From an uncultured Chthonomonadaceae bacterium (GTDB taxonomy: Bacteria; Armatimonadota; Chthonomonadetes; Chthonomonadales; Chthonomonadaceae): a DNA stretch of 64,000 nt. Below are positions 10,673 to 20,322 of this stretch, one piece after another. Under the pieces are notes generated by a model. That model did not search any database. It saw nothing but the letters and a program-made list of their open reading frames with translations, and had not been told where the DNA came from. The DNA is taken from positions 96,001 to 160,000 of the forward strand of contig CAWIEK010000060.1 of NCBI GenBank assembly GCA_963835065.1, written 5' to 3'. Within the stretch, counting starts at the first letter, position 1, and each line of letters opens with the position of its first letter. Made by a program: the position numbers and the translations under genes.

Positions 10673-10755
10673 TGTTTTCACTCCTTGTCGTATGTTACTG
10701 CGCGCTTGTTGTGTTCTTGATCTTCTTCGGCAGGAATCGTTTCCGCGCCTCCGCA

Positions 10756-11631
10756 TCAGGATACTACAGACAAATCAGAAGGCGTCCAGAGCGCGCCGAT
10801 GTCCTCGCCGCGCGTGGTTCGCGCCTGCAAATCACGCAGAAACTCCACAAAACCTACCTTCGGCTCCCATCCGGTTTGCGTCTTTGCCTCGGACATGTCG
10901 TGCTGTTCCACGCTTTCGGGTAGGGAAATATCGTACTGCTTCAGCAACTGCGCCGCGCCGGGAACCTTCGCTTCGCACCAACCAGGGCCGTGTTTGCGGA
11001 AATCCGCGCGCACAGTTTCGGGCAGTCTATGACGTGTATGCACGATGGTACGGAATAAGCGGATACGTTTTTCAACGGCGGCCTGCAAAGCGGCGACAGT
11101 GGCGTCCGCTACGTCGCGCCGATCCACGCCGTTGCGCAGCAATTTCGCGCCGAACGCCAGATAGGATTTTGGCACGAAATCATGGTAGCGCAGCATGGCG
11201 ACGGAAGCCCCGGTTGATTCGTGGTACATGCGGCACAAATCTTCCCCGATTACTTTGGTGACGCCGTACACGCCGCCCCAGCCATACGCCATGGACGAGG
11301 CGTACACGACCGCCTGTATCTTCTGCTCCCGACACGCTTCCAGCACATTAAACGTGCCATCCACATTCACAGCAAAAATGGTGGCGTCGCTGACCGGCGG
11401 CTGATGGGCGCAGTGCCATGCCGCCAGATGGATCACGGCATCCATGCCCTGCGCCGCGTGGCGCGCGTCATCCGGTGTGCGCGTATCGCAGCGCATGAAT
11501 TCGCCCAAATCGGCATACTCTTTTGGCGGGGGCGTTACATCCGCCATGCGAATTTCCGCGCCCGTTGCCGCCAGCGCGCGGCAAGTAGCTTGCCCGGCAT
11601 TGCCCGCCGCTCCCGTTACCAATACTTTCAT
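10756..11631 (-). CDS. NAD-dependent epimerase/dehydratase (extended SDR)
   Basis: MKVLVTGAAGNAG, DAVIHLAA, NVDGTFNVLEA, YASS and YGVTK. Confidence 0.93.
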   Translation of the reverse strand: MKVLVTGAAGNAGQATCRALAATGAEIRMADVTPPPKEYADLGEFMRCDTRTPDDARHAAQGMDAVIHLAAWHCAHQPPVSDATIFAVNVDGTFNVLEACREQKIQAVVYASSMAYGWGGVYGVTKVIGEDLCRMYHESTGASVAMLRYHDFVPKSYLAFGAKLLRNGVDRRDVADATVAALQAAVEKRIRLFRTIVHTRHRLPETVRADFRKHGPGWCEAKVPGAAQLLKQYDISLPESVEQHDMSEAKTQTGWEPKVGFVEFLRDLQARTTRGEDIGALWTPSDLSVVS

Positions 11632-11703
11632 AGCATTTTCCTTTGCTCTCATGCAGAACGTTTCTACAGTCGTATCAACGCCCAACACCCAATACCTAAC
11701 ACC

Positions 11704-12537
11704 TCAACCTGCTTCTTCCGGGCTGTGTTCGCGCAGCCATGCGCGCAGGGGAACGTCTTCGTCGGTCGGTGAGTAGAAACCGTTGGCGTTGACGCCCCAG
11801 CCGAGCATCTGGCGGCGTATGGGGTCGCTCTGTTCCCACAGGCTTTGTACGGTCATGTCGTCTTTGGTGCGCAGCCAGCGATAGCCGTAGCCGTAAAACA
11901 GCACTTTTCGGGTTACATCCGACCAGTTGGGACTTGCCGAATGCCACAGGCGGCGGTCAAAGAACACGGCGGTTCCGGGTTCGGCGAGTACGGGAACCGC
12001 GCCGGACGGCTGCCCGATGCCGTCTGAAGAGCGCGTTTGCGTATCGTCCAGATGGCTGCCCGGCACAACCCAGAAGTTGCCGCGTCCGGGTTCGCTCGTA
12101 TCGGAAAGGAAAAACGCCACTTTCAAGGACAGGCGCGGGCGCGGATGGCTTTCGATTTCCACATTCACGCGCCCACTGTCCTGATGCCAGCCGAACGTTT
12201 TGTCGTCTCGTTCCTGGCCGGAAGGCGGCGTTACGATCAGATGCGCGTGGTACAGATAGATATTCCAGCCGAGCAGCCCCCACACTTTCGGCAGGGTTAC
12301 GGGGTAGTCCACCAGATCGGCAAACAGCGGATCGTCGGGAATGAAGTTCGGGTAAAACAGCGATTTGCGCGGGTCGTGCCCCTGCTCCAATTTTTGCGCG
12401 AAGATGCGGTCGGAAGCCGCCGTCAATGCGGTCACTTGCGACGCTGACAGCGCGTTTTCCACCATCAGCAGGCCCGTGTCGTTGAAAGCGTGGCGCTCCT
12501 CGGCGGTGAGGCGATGTTCCAGACAGTTTGGCTGCAA
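11704..12537 (-). CDS. Phytanoyl-CoA dioxygenase family Fe(II)/2-oxoglutarate oxygenase
   Basis: WHQD, VVPGSH, FFDRRLWH...PNWSDVTRK. AAGGAG RBS before the TTG start. Confidence 0.92.
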   Translation of the reverse strand: MQPNCLEHRLTAEERHAFNDTGLLMVENALSASQVTALTAASDRIFAQKLEQGHDPRKSLFYPNFIPDDPLFADLVDYPVTLPKVWGLLGWNIYLYHAHLIVTPPSGQERDDKTFGWHQDSGRVNVEIESHPRPRLSLKVAFFLSDTSEPGRGNFWVVPGSHLDDTQTRSSDGIGQPSGAVPVLAEPGTAVFFDRRLWHSASPNWSDVTRKVLFYGYGYRWLRTKDDMTVQSLWEQSDPIRRQMLGWGVNANGFYSPTDEDVPLRAWLREHSPEEAG

Positions 12538-12758
12538 GTCATTCTCCTTTTCATGGCAAGCCTGCGCCGGTTTGCCATCCTGTTTCTCAGGAGTTCACCT
12601 TTACACAGGAGTTTTCCTGCCGGAAGGCTGTATTGGCGCGCGATTTACTGTTAAGGCCGTCTCCTGAGCCGGGGATTTTCAATCCTCGGCAGAAAAGAGA
12701 GGTGTGGCGCAGTGAAATTTTTCGCCACATTTTTGCCCTGTGAACGTCAAAGTCAATT

Positions 12759-15089
12759 ATGTTACTCAGTAAACTGACACAATCTGCGCTTGGCATGATT
12801 GCGGCCCCTCTTACTTTATTAACGCTTGCGTGGACGCTGCCTGCCGATGCCGGGTCGGGCGCGTTGGCTGCGCCTGCCACCGGGCAGAAGATTTATCAGC
12901 AGCAATGCGCGTCGTGTCACGGCGCAAAGGGCGAGGGCGCGAAAGCGTACTCCAAGCCGCTGGCAGGCAGCCGCTCTCCCGGCGAATTGGCGCGATTTAT
13001 TGCGCAGAATATGCCGCCCGGCCCGCGGAAATGCGCCACGCCGGATGCGCAAAAAGTTGCTTCTTATATCTATGATGCGTTTTATTCGCCGCTTGCGCAG
13101 GCGCGGAACAAGCCTGCCCGCATTGCCCTGTCGCGCCTGACCGTGCCGCAGTTTCGCAACGCTGTTGCCGACCTGTTGAGCGACGGGCATCCGGTTGTGC
13201 CTGCGCAAGCCACTCGCGGCTTGCAGGGCGAGTATTTCAAGGCGCAGCGATTTGACAATGGCAATCGCCTGCTGCAGCGCGTTGACCCGGAAGTGAAATT
13301 TGATTTTGGCACGGACGGCCCGGTTCCCGATAAGTTCGACCCGCACCATTTTTCTATTCGCTGGCAGGGCAGCGTTCTGGCCCCGGATACCGGCGAGTAC
13401 GATTTTGTTGTCAGAACCGACCATGCGGTTCGGATTTGGGTGAATGACAATAGCAAACCTTTGATTGACGCCTGGGTGAAGTCGGGCAGCGACAACGAGT
13501 TTCACGGCTCGCTGACCCTGCTTGGCGGGCGCGCGTACCCCCTGCGCCTGGAATTTTCCAAGTCCACGCAGGGCGTAGATGATTCGGAGAAGAAGAAGGG
13601 CAAACCCGCGCCGCCCGCTTCGATTGAATTGCTGTGGAAACGGCCCAAACAGGCGATGGAAACCATTCCGCAGCGCTGTTTGTTTCCCGCTTCCGTTCCT
13701 GAAACGTTCGTTGTGGCGACGCGCTTTCCGCCCGATGACCGCAGCATCGGCTACGAGCGGGGCACATCCGTTTCCAAAGCCTGGGAGGAAGCGAGTACCG
13801 CAGCCGCGCTGGAAACGGCAGGTTACGTCACCGAACATTTGGACCGGCTTGCCGACGCCAAACCGGACGCGCCGGAGCGCAAAGCGAAATTGCAGGCGTT
13901 TTGCCGCCGGTTCGTGGAACGCGCCCTGCGCCGTCCTTTGACCGATGAGGTTGCGCAGTTTTACATTGACAAGCAGTTCCGTACCGCGCCCGATGTGGAA
14001 ACGGCGGTAAAGCGGGTTGTCGCGCTGACGCTGCTTTCGCCCCGGTTCCAATACCGGGAAAGCGAAACGCGGGCTGCGGATGCGTATGACACGGCTTCGC
14101 GCCTGTCGTTCGGATTGTGGGACAGCCTGCCCGACGCTGACCTGCTGAAAGCGGCCCGCGAGGGCGCGCTTACGACGCGAGAGCAGATCGCAAAACAGGC
14201 CGAGCGCATGGCTGCTGACCCGCGCGCCTGGAACAAACTGCGCGCCTTTCTGCTGTTCTGGCTCAAGGTGGATCAAAGCCCGGAGTTGGCGAAGAACCCG
14301 AAGAAGTACCCGGATTTCGACCCGTCCGTCGCTTCCGACCTGCGCGCCTCGCTGGAACTGTTTCTGGAAAATGTCGCGTGGGGCGAAAAGTCGGATTATC
14401 GGGAACTGATGACAACCCAAACCGTCTACCTGAACGGGCGACTGGCGAAACTGTACGGCGTCAATCTTCCCGCCGACGCGCCGTTTCAGCCCGTCGTTCT
14501 GGACGCGGCGGAGCGTTCCGGTGTGCTGACGCAGCCATATTTGCTGTCCACTTTCGCGTACCTGGACACCAGTTCGCCGATTCATCGGGGCGTTTTGCTG
14601 GCGCGTAATCTGCTGGGGCGCACTCTCAGCCCGCCGCCCGCCGCGTTCACGCCGCTTGCCGCCGACCTGCACCCGAACATGACGACCCGGCAGCGCGTCG
14701 AGATGCAAACCAAGCCCGCCGCCTGTGTGGGCTGTCACGGCCTGATCAATCCGCTCGGCTTCACGCTGGAAAAGTTCGACGCTATCGGCAGGCTGCGCAA
14801 TCAGGAAAACGGACAAGTGATTAATGCGGCAGGCAGTTACCGCGCCCGCAGCGGCAATTTGGTGACGTTCGCTTCCGCGCCGCAATTGGGCCGTTATCTG
14901 GCTGACAGCGAGGAAGCCCACGCCGCATTTGTGGAAAAACTGTTCCAGAATCTGATCAAGCAGCCGGTTCTGGCATACGGCCCGCAAACCCTGCCAAATT
15001 TAGAGCGCAACTTCGCCGCGAATCAGTATAATATCCGTAAGCTGATGGCGGATATTGTGGTGGCTTCGATTGCAGGCATCAGGCATTAG
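12759..15089 (+). CDS. Cytochrome c + PA14 + DUF1595/1592/1588/1585 (PSD) protein
   Basis: Signal peptide; CASCH and CVGCH haem motifs; PA14-like FSIRWQG...TDHAVRIWV; ASRLSFGLWDSLPD; SSPIHRG; NPLGFTLEKFDAIGR. Confidence 0.9.
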   Translation: MLLSKLTQSALGMIAAPLTLLTLAWTLPADAGSGALAAPATGQKIYQQQCASCHGAKGEGAKAYSKPLAGSRSPGELARFIAQNMPPGPRKCATPDAQKVASYIYDAFYSPLAQARNKPARIALSRLTVPQFRNAVADLLSDGHPVVPAQATRGLQGEYFKAQRFDNGNRLLQRVDPEVKFDFGTDGPVPDKFDPHHFSIRWQGSVLAPDTGEYDFVVRTDHAVRIWVNDNSKPLIDAWVKSGSDNEFHGSLTLLGGRAYPLRLEFSKSTQGVDDSEKKKGKPAPPASIELLWKRPKQAMETIPQRCLFPASVPETFVVATRFPPDDRSIGYERGTSVSKAWEEASTAAALETAGYVTEHLDRLADAKPDAPERKAKLQAFCRRFVERALRRPLTDEVAQFYIDKQFRTAPDVETAVKRVVALTLLSPRFQYRESETRAADAYDTASRLSFGLWDSLPDADLLKAAREGALTTREQIAKQAERMAADPRAWNKLRAFLLFWLKVDQSPELAKNPKKYPDFDPSVASDLRASLELFLENVAWGEKSDYRELMTTQTVYLNGRLAKLYGVNLPADAPFQPVVLDAAERSGVLTQPYLLSTFAYLDTSSPIHRGVLLARNLLGRTLSPPPAAFTPLAADLHPNMTTRQRVEMQTKPAACVGCHGLINPLGFTLEKFDAIGRLRNQENGQVINAAGSYRARSGNLVTFASAPQLGRYLADSEEAHAAFVEKLFQNLIKQPVLAYGPQTLPNLERNFAANQYNIRKLMADIVVASIAGIRH

Positions 15090-15158
15090 GCATCAGGCAT
15101 TAGATGCAAAGCCCTTCTGTCTCATAACTCATGCCTAATGCCTAATGCCTGATGCCTA
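15073..15158. repeat. Inverted heptamer tandem repeat (AGGCATY)n...(RATGCCT)n
   Basis: About four AGGCATC/T units at 15073-15103 and about four reverse-complement units at 15131-15158. Confidence 0.85.
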
Positions 15159-15181
15159 AATACTTGAACAAGGAAAACTAC

Positions 15182-16513
15182 GTGACTTATTCCAATAGCC
15201 GACGCGCGTTTTTGCGAGACTTGGGGTTGAGCGCCGCCGCGCTGCCGTTTCTGAGCAATCTGCCCTGCCTTGCCGCACCGGGCGGAGCGGGCAAAATTCG
15301 GCGCAAGCAGCGCATGGTGATTATGTTCAGCCCGGACGGCGTGGTTCCCAATACGTTTTGGCCGGACGAGGAAGGCGAGAACTTTACGCTCAAGGAGAGC
15401 CTGAAGCCGCTGGAGCCGTTCAAAAACAAAACGCTGATTTTGCGGGGCGTCAGTGACAAGATTCGCGGGGATGGCGACGGCCACATGCGCGGTATCGGCT
15501 GCCTGCTGACGGGCATCGAACTGTTTCCCGGCAATGTGCAGGGCGGCTCGGACACGCCCGCAGGCTGGTCGAGCGGCCTTTCGATAGATCAGGAAATCAA
15601 GAACTATTTGCAGGCGGACGCTGCGACGCGAACCCGTTTCGGCTCGCTGGAATTCGGCGTGATGGTTCCTGACCGCGCGGATACGTGGACGCGCCTGTCG
15701 TATGCCGGCCCGAACAAGCCGGTTGCGCCCATTGACGACCCGTACCAGATGTTCGGCAAATTGTACGGGCAGTTGAAAGACCAGGAAACGCTGAAAAGCG
15801 TCCTGGACGATTTGGGCGCGGATCTGGCGAAAGTGCGGGCGCGGGTGGGCGCGCAGGATAGGCAGATTCTGGACGAGCATACCACGCTTGTCCGCGAAAT
15901 GGAGCAGGAGATACGGACGGCTAAGTCGGGAAGCATCGGACACGCGGTTCCCATTTTGGAGCCGGGGGTTCGGCGCGACAACGACAGCATGCCGCAAATC
16001 AGTAAGCTGCAAATTGATTTGCTGGTCAACAACTTCGCGGCGGACTTTTCCCGCGTCGCCACGCTGCAATACACCAATTCGGTTGGGCAAGCGCGTATGC
16101 GCTGGCTGGGTATCAACGAGGGGCAGCACGACCTGTCGCATCAGCCCGACAGCGACACGAGCGCGCAGGAAAAACTCACCCGCGTCAACCAGTGGTATTG
16201 CAGCCAACTGGCGTACCTGGCGAAGCGCCTGGCGGAAACCCCGGAACCGGGCGGGGCCGGCAGCCTGCTGGATAACACGCTGCTCGTGTGGACAAACGAA
16301 CTGGGCAAGGGCAACTCGCACACGCTGGAAGACATTCCGTTCGTGCTGGTCGGAGGAGGCCTGGACTTCAAAATGGGCCGTTCCCTGAAATACGCGCATG
16401 TGCCGCACAACCGCCTGCTGCTGTCCCTGGCGCACGGCTTCGGGCATCGCATAGACCGCTTCGGCAACCCCGATTATTGCGCCGCCGGTCCCTTGCCCAA
16501 CATGACCGGGTAA
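15182..16513 (+). CDS. DUF1552 (HXXSHH-family) Tat-exported protein
   Basis: [19 protein letters not shown] twin-arginine signal; SIDQEI; SRVATLQ; HDLSH; GSLLDNT. Confidence 0.9.
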   Translation: MTYSNSRRAFLRDLGLSAAALPFLSNLPCLAAPGGAGKIRRKQRMVIMFSPDGVVPNTFWPDEEGENFTLKESLKPLEPFKNKTLILRGVSDKIRGDGDGHMRGIGCLLTGIELFPGNVQGGSDTPAGWSSGLSIDQEIKNYLQADAATRTRFGSLEFGVMVPDRADTWTRLSYAGPNKPVAPIDDPYQMFGKLYGQLKDQETLKSVLDDLGADLAKVRARVGAQDRQILDEHTTLVREMEQEIRTAKSGSIGHAVPILEPGVRRDNDSMPQISKLQIDLLVNNFAADFSRVATLQYTNSVGQARMRWLGINEGQHDLSHQPDSDTSAQEKLTRVNQWYCSQLAYLAKRLAETPEPGGAGSLLDNTLLVWTNELGKGNSHTLEDIPFVLVGGGLDFKMGRSLKYAHVPHNRLLLSLAHGFGHRIDRFGNPDYCAAGPLPNMTG

Positions 16514-16939
16514 ACTCTGCAAACTCGACCTTCGGGAAGCTCATTTGATGCCAACGGAAAGCGGCAGGCAGAGAAAAGAGCAGGAAAAAGCAATATGTAG
16601 AGTCATCGTCGAAATCTTGGCAATACAGCGCTTCCAGCCCGATGTCTCGTTGTGTCAAGTTGTAGGAGAGAGGCGTCGTGACCTCATAAGCGTCAGGGCG
16701 AACGGGAGGGGTGTGGGGACATAGGACTCTTCACCTCCCTTCCTATGTGTATAACGTCTAAATAGCAGACGTTGTTCTACTATTTAGACGACTGTTTGGG
16801 GCAAAGGTTTCCTTTTTTCGCGTTGTATGGGACTTTTTCTATCTTTTTTTCTGCGGAAGTGTTTTTGTGGGATGGTTGCTGTTAGTATCGTGTGGGGAAC
16901 CGGGGCGGGGGCGCTTGCTTTGGGGCTATCCTCAATGGG

Positions 16940-16990
16940 CCGGGCATTGAAAATACCCGGCAGGAAAGTGCAAGCGTCCTGCGGACGCGA
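16940..16990. repeat. REP-like element (partial copy)
   Basis: Hairpins GCCGGG..TTGAAAA..CCCGGC and GCGTCC-TGC-GGACGC. Shares TTGAAAAYACCCGGCAGGAAAGTGCAAGCGTC with the element at 18628. Confidence 0.75.
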
Positions 16991-17033
16991 ATGCTGCGCT
17001 TATTGGCGGTGGCTCTTCGTATTCGTACATCTG

Positions 17034-17568
17034 TCACTTTTCATCGGGTTTGACTCTTCTGGCCTGTTCTTTTATCAACTGGCGGATCCATACCTTATCC
17101 ATTCCATTTCGGCTCTTGCTTAAATCTTCCAGGTAGATGCCGGCCTGACCGCTCCTGCTCAGGGACAACCGCTTGAGACAAGACAGATACGCCTCTTCAA
17201 ACACATCCAGGTAGGCCATATCTACATCTGTCCCGCACGACCTGCTCAAGCCATCGAAACATTTCGCCAGCACCAACAGATCGTCCGCATCTTCAAAAGG
17301 GGCCAGCGCATTGCTTAACTTTGTTTTCTCCTCTTGTGAGAACTCATGCGAGTTGTTTCTGGCATGCGCGCGGTCATGTTCGGCGGCAAGCGTTGTCACG
17401 GTTTCCACCGCCCGCAAGACGCGCTGAATACGCGCCGCTTTGCTGTTAACGAGCTTCCCCACGCCCGTAGGGTAGGAACGCTTCGTATGCCGGGCAGTTT
17501 GATTTGTTTGCGTCTGCGGCCTGTCCGAAGACCACAAACAAGGTAAACATGGCGATCCAAAACTTCAT
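17034..17568 (-). CDS. Hypothetical protein, probably exported and frameshifted near the N-terminus
   Basis: 167-aa ORF. A signal-peptide-like MKFWIAMFTLFVVFGQAA starts at 17568 in another frame. Confidence 0.5.
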
Positions 17569-17658
17569 AGTTGGTTCTCGTCATTCGTTGGATGGATGGC
17601 GTTTGCCGAGCGTCCAGCAGTCAGTTGAAAGTATCGTAACAGACAAGTCTTCACGAAT

Positions 17659-18144
17659 CTACCATGTGCCAAGCTGACCCGCTGATGTGTCCAGTTCTGC
17701 AATGTATACGGATATAGCGTCAATCGGCATATCGTAGACGGTATCAGGGTCTGGATCGTCTTCGGAAACATTAATCGCTACCCCAGCGATTCCCTGACAC
17801 ATGATAACGGCTTCCGGTTCATTGTAAAACAATGCGGGAGTATGTCTCATCGCATCCCGAACCACCATATTGACGTGTATGCTCCCGAATAACAGGCCGG
17901 CATATCCTTCCTTAGCAATGATTTTGAAGAGTTTGCCGTTGCGAACATCTACAGCCAGTTCGACTTCACCCCTGCCCAAAGTGTAACGCGCCTCAAAGGG
18001 AGATACCAACGCATAGCGTCCTTGCTGGTACAGGCCAAGGCCGGTAAGGTGTTGTTGTATCTCTGTAAGCCTGGTGCGCAGAGTAATGCCTCCAATCTCT
18101 TGATCAGGCAGTATAGGGGCATTTAGATTTGGAAATGCAGGCAC
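17659..18144 (-). CDS. Hypothetical protein (immunity-protein-like)
   Basis: AAAGGAG RBS before GTG; 161 aa; 'LNAPILPDQEIGGITL' start; lower GC than the flanks. Confidence 0.7.
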   Translation of the reverse strand: MPAFPNLNAPILPDQEIGGITLRTRLTEIQQHLTGLGLYQQGRYALVSPFEARYTLGRGEVELAVDVRNGKLFKIIAKEGYAGLLFGSIHVNMVVRDAMRHTPALFYNEPEAVIMCQGIAGVAINVSEDDPDPDTVYDMPIDAISVYIAELDTSAGQLGTW

Positions 18145-18246
18145 AGCCAGTTATCTCCTTTCATCTTACAGAAGAATTTCTTGCTGTTCATTTCGCTCTA
18201 ATACTGGGATGAATCCTTGTCCTGATAGGCAAAACTCGTCCGCGCT

Positions 18247-18561
18247 TTAGTAAACATCCAGGTGGTTTATAGCCAGAAGCTGCAATTGGTGTAGACTCAT
18301 GTTTTCATTTACTTCCACGCGGGCGGCTGCCAACGAGCGCTTCAAGGCCGCAGCGAACTCCGCAATACAGGGAGCGCCTGGCACAGCGATAATCCTTGTT
18401 TCCCGCTTTGTACCCGTCACCTGTAGCTGTACGCCGTTTCCTTCTGCATCAAAACAGCGGTAAACGTCTCGCTCCACATCCTGTTCTTCAAGACAGTCGT
18501 TAAGAGCAAATTCCGTTTCAAAGATGCAGACATCTACGCCATCAGAGACGTACAAAGGCAT
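18247..18561 (-). CDS. Small acidic hypothetical protein (immunity-protein-like)
   Basis: MPLYVSDGVDVCIFETE...LEEQDVERDVYRCFDAEG, 104 aa. Confidence 0.6.
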   Translation of the reverse strand: MPLYVSDGVDVCIFETEFALNDCLEEQDVERDVYRCFDAEGNGVQLQVTGTKRETRIIAVPGAPCIAEFAAALKRSLAAARVEVNENMSLHQLQLLAINHLDVY

Positions 18562-18620
18562 TTTCAACGCTTGCTGTGAAATGGGCGTATCCTGTGTTGC
18601 CGGGTACCGACCCGAGCGTT

Positions 18621-18737
18621 CCGAGTGTTGAAAACACCCGGCAGGAAAGTGCAAGCGTCTTTCAGACGCAACTTCCCGAAAGCCTGGGCGCGTCTGAAAG
18701 ACGCTTGCTTTGTCCAGACAGGGGTTTTCAACCCCTG
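18621..18737. repeat. REPIN-like element (two inverted REP units)
   Basis: Perfect 19-bp inverted repeat GCAAGCGTCTTTCAGACGC (18651-18669) / 18690-18708, with an outer pair GTTGAAAAC/GTTTTCAAC. Each arm is itself a small hairpin. Confidence 0.85.
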
Positions 18738-18825
18738 GCAAGCACACGGGCGTTATTTCGCAGCAAGCGCTTTCGACACCCGCCAACGCGGAAACAAGCC
18801 GTTGACGCATAACTGTTTGTGTTGC

Positions 18826-19902
18826 TTAACTGCTTGAGGTCGGAGCGACAGGCTGGGAACGGCGGTCTTTTTTGAGGCGGCGGGTCATGCACAGGCCGCC
18901 TGCGGTCATGCAGGCCAGCGTCAGCAGCGTACCGGCTTCGGGGATGGGCGCGGCAAACACTTCCACGCGGTTGTTGTTGAAATCCGACACGTAAAGGTTG
19001 CCCACGCTGTCTACCGCAATGGCATCCGGCCTGCTGAACTGTCCATCGCCCGTGCCGGTAGTTCCGAATTGCGTCAGCACAGCGCCTGTGCTGTCGAATT
19101 TGACGACATAGTTGGCGCTAAAATCCGTGGCGTAAACATCGCCATTGCTATCTACAGCGACGCCATGCGGACGAAAGCGCCTGCCATTGGGGCCAGTTGT
19201 GGTAAACGATTTCACGTAAGCGCCCGAACTGTCGAACTCCTCGATACGTAGGTTTTCCGAATCGGCGACGTAGATGTTGTTGTTGCGGTCAATGGCAATT
19301 CCGTAGGGAAAGTTCAACTGCCCCTGCCCGGTTCCCGGAGTGCCTATCTGTCCCGCCGGGGTAAACGTGTTGCCTGACACCGTGTACTTCAGGATGGTGT
19401 TGGCGTTGTTGTTCACAACATAAATGCTGCCGCTGCTGTCGAACGCCAGGCCGATGGGAAACGCGAGCATGCTGGTTCCATCACTGTTTCTGCCGAATTG
19501 AGTCTGGTAGACGCCATTGTTGCTGAACTTCTCTACGCGAGGGGCCGAGGTAAGAGTGTCCGAAACAAAAATGTTGTTGCTGCTGTCTATGGCAAGGCCC
19601 TGTGGGGTTGTAAACTGCCCATCGCCCTCGCCACTTGTGCCGAACGTGTTCAGAAACGCGCCCGTGTGGCTGAACTCCTGAACGCGATCATTGCCGCTGT
19701 CGGCCACAAAGACATTGCCGTTCAAGTCAATTTTGACATCGGCGGGATTGACGAATTGCCCATTTCCGGTTCCCTGTGAGCCGAAAGAAAAGGCGAAGGT
19801 ATATTGCGCGTGGGCGGGAGCGGCAGTCAGGCCGGCAAGCGCAAGTCCCGCCAGCATGGTCAGAAGAGTACGCGCTTTACGACAACAAGCGACAGTGTTC
19901 AA
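18826..19902 (-). CDS. NHL-repeat beta-propeller protein with PEP-CTERM-like sorting signal
   Basis: Signal peptide ...AAPAHA|Q; about six NHL repeats (GQFxxPxGxAxDxxxNxYVxD...RV); C-terminal IPEAGT, a hydrophobic helix and RRLKK. Confidence 0.9.
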   Translation of the reverse strand: MNTVACCRKARTLLTMLAGLALAGLTAAPAHAQYTFAFSFGSQGTGNGQFVNPADVKIDLNGNVFVADSGNDRVQEFSHTGAFLNTFGTSGEGDGQFTTPQGLAIDSSNNIFVSDTLTSAPRVEKFSNNGVYQTQFGRNSDGTSMLAFPIGLAFDSSGSIYVVNNNANTILKYTVSGNTFTPAGQIGTPGTGQGQLNFPYGIAIDRNNNIYVADSENLRIEEFDSSGAYVKSFTTTGPNGRRFRPHGVAVDSNGDVYATDFSANYVVKFDSTGAVLTQFGTTGTGDGQFSRPDAIAVDSVGNLYVSDFNNNRVEVFAAPIPEAGTLLTLACMTAGGLCMTRRLKKDRRSQPVAPTSSS

Positions 19903-20211
19903 AATCGTTTCCTTTATAGAGGTGTCGTTTGCGGCCAGACAGCGCCGAAAAGCAGAAAGGGCAGGGTGCAGGCACACAGCAATAGACGCTGCAGCCCCTC
20001 TATTAGTATAGCATAGCCGCCCTATAACATTACGGCCGGCGAAAATTTTTATCTGCAATTTTAATGAAAAATCTTCCGCGCTTTCCAAAAACCGGAGCCG
20101 CCTCTCTCTCAAATTTGACAAAAACTCCTGCAAGTTTATAAAGCAGGGCGTATGAAAAAGTAAAAACAGGTAATTAGAGCAAAACATGACGCTTACGCAA
20201 GCGAATACCTG

Positions 20212-20220
20212 TGGTATAAT
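20212..20220 (+). promoter_or_regulatory. Extended -10 sigma70-type promoter for wzc-wza module 1
   Basis: TGGTATAAT about 100 bp upstream of ATG 20323. Confidence 0.55.
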
Positions 20221-20322
20221 CGAATTACGGCTCGTTCGCGCCGCCAGACGGCGCAAGTATTTTGTTTTCCGCGCACTCTCCCGCTCACGTCAGCATAACC
20301 AAAACCAATCCTGATCACCACT

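Noticed and set aside
12819..16522. Long minus-strand ORFs (722 aa and 466 aa); also 57343-58614
   Set aside because: They are antisense shadows of well-supported high-GC genes and have no recognisable motifs.
18621..18737. CRISPR repeat (GTTGAAAAC/GTTTTCAAC ends)
   Set aside because: The copies are inverted, not regularly spaced direct repeats, and there are no cas genes.
16900..18826. Integron cassette array
   Set aside because: No integrase is present, and there are no attC-like RYYYAAC...GTTRRRY sites after each gene. The repeats look REP-like.
20151..20161. TATGAAAAAGT shared with 54511-54521 as an enhancer site
   Set aside because: It is a short AT-rich match in AT-rich intergenic DNA with inconsistent position, so the evidence is insufficient.
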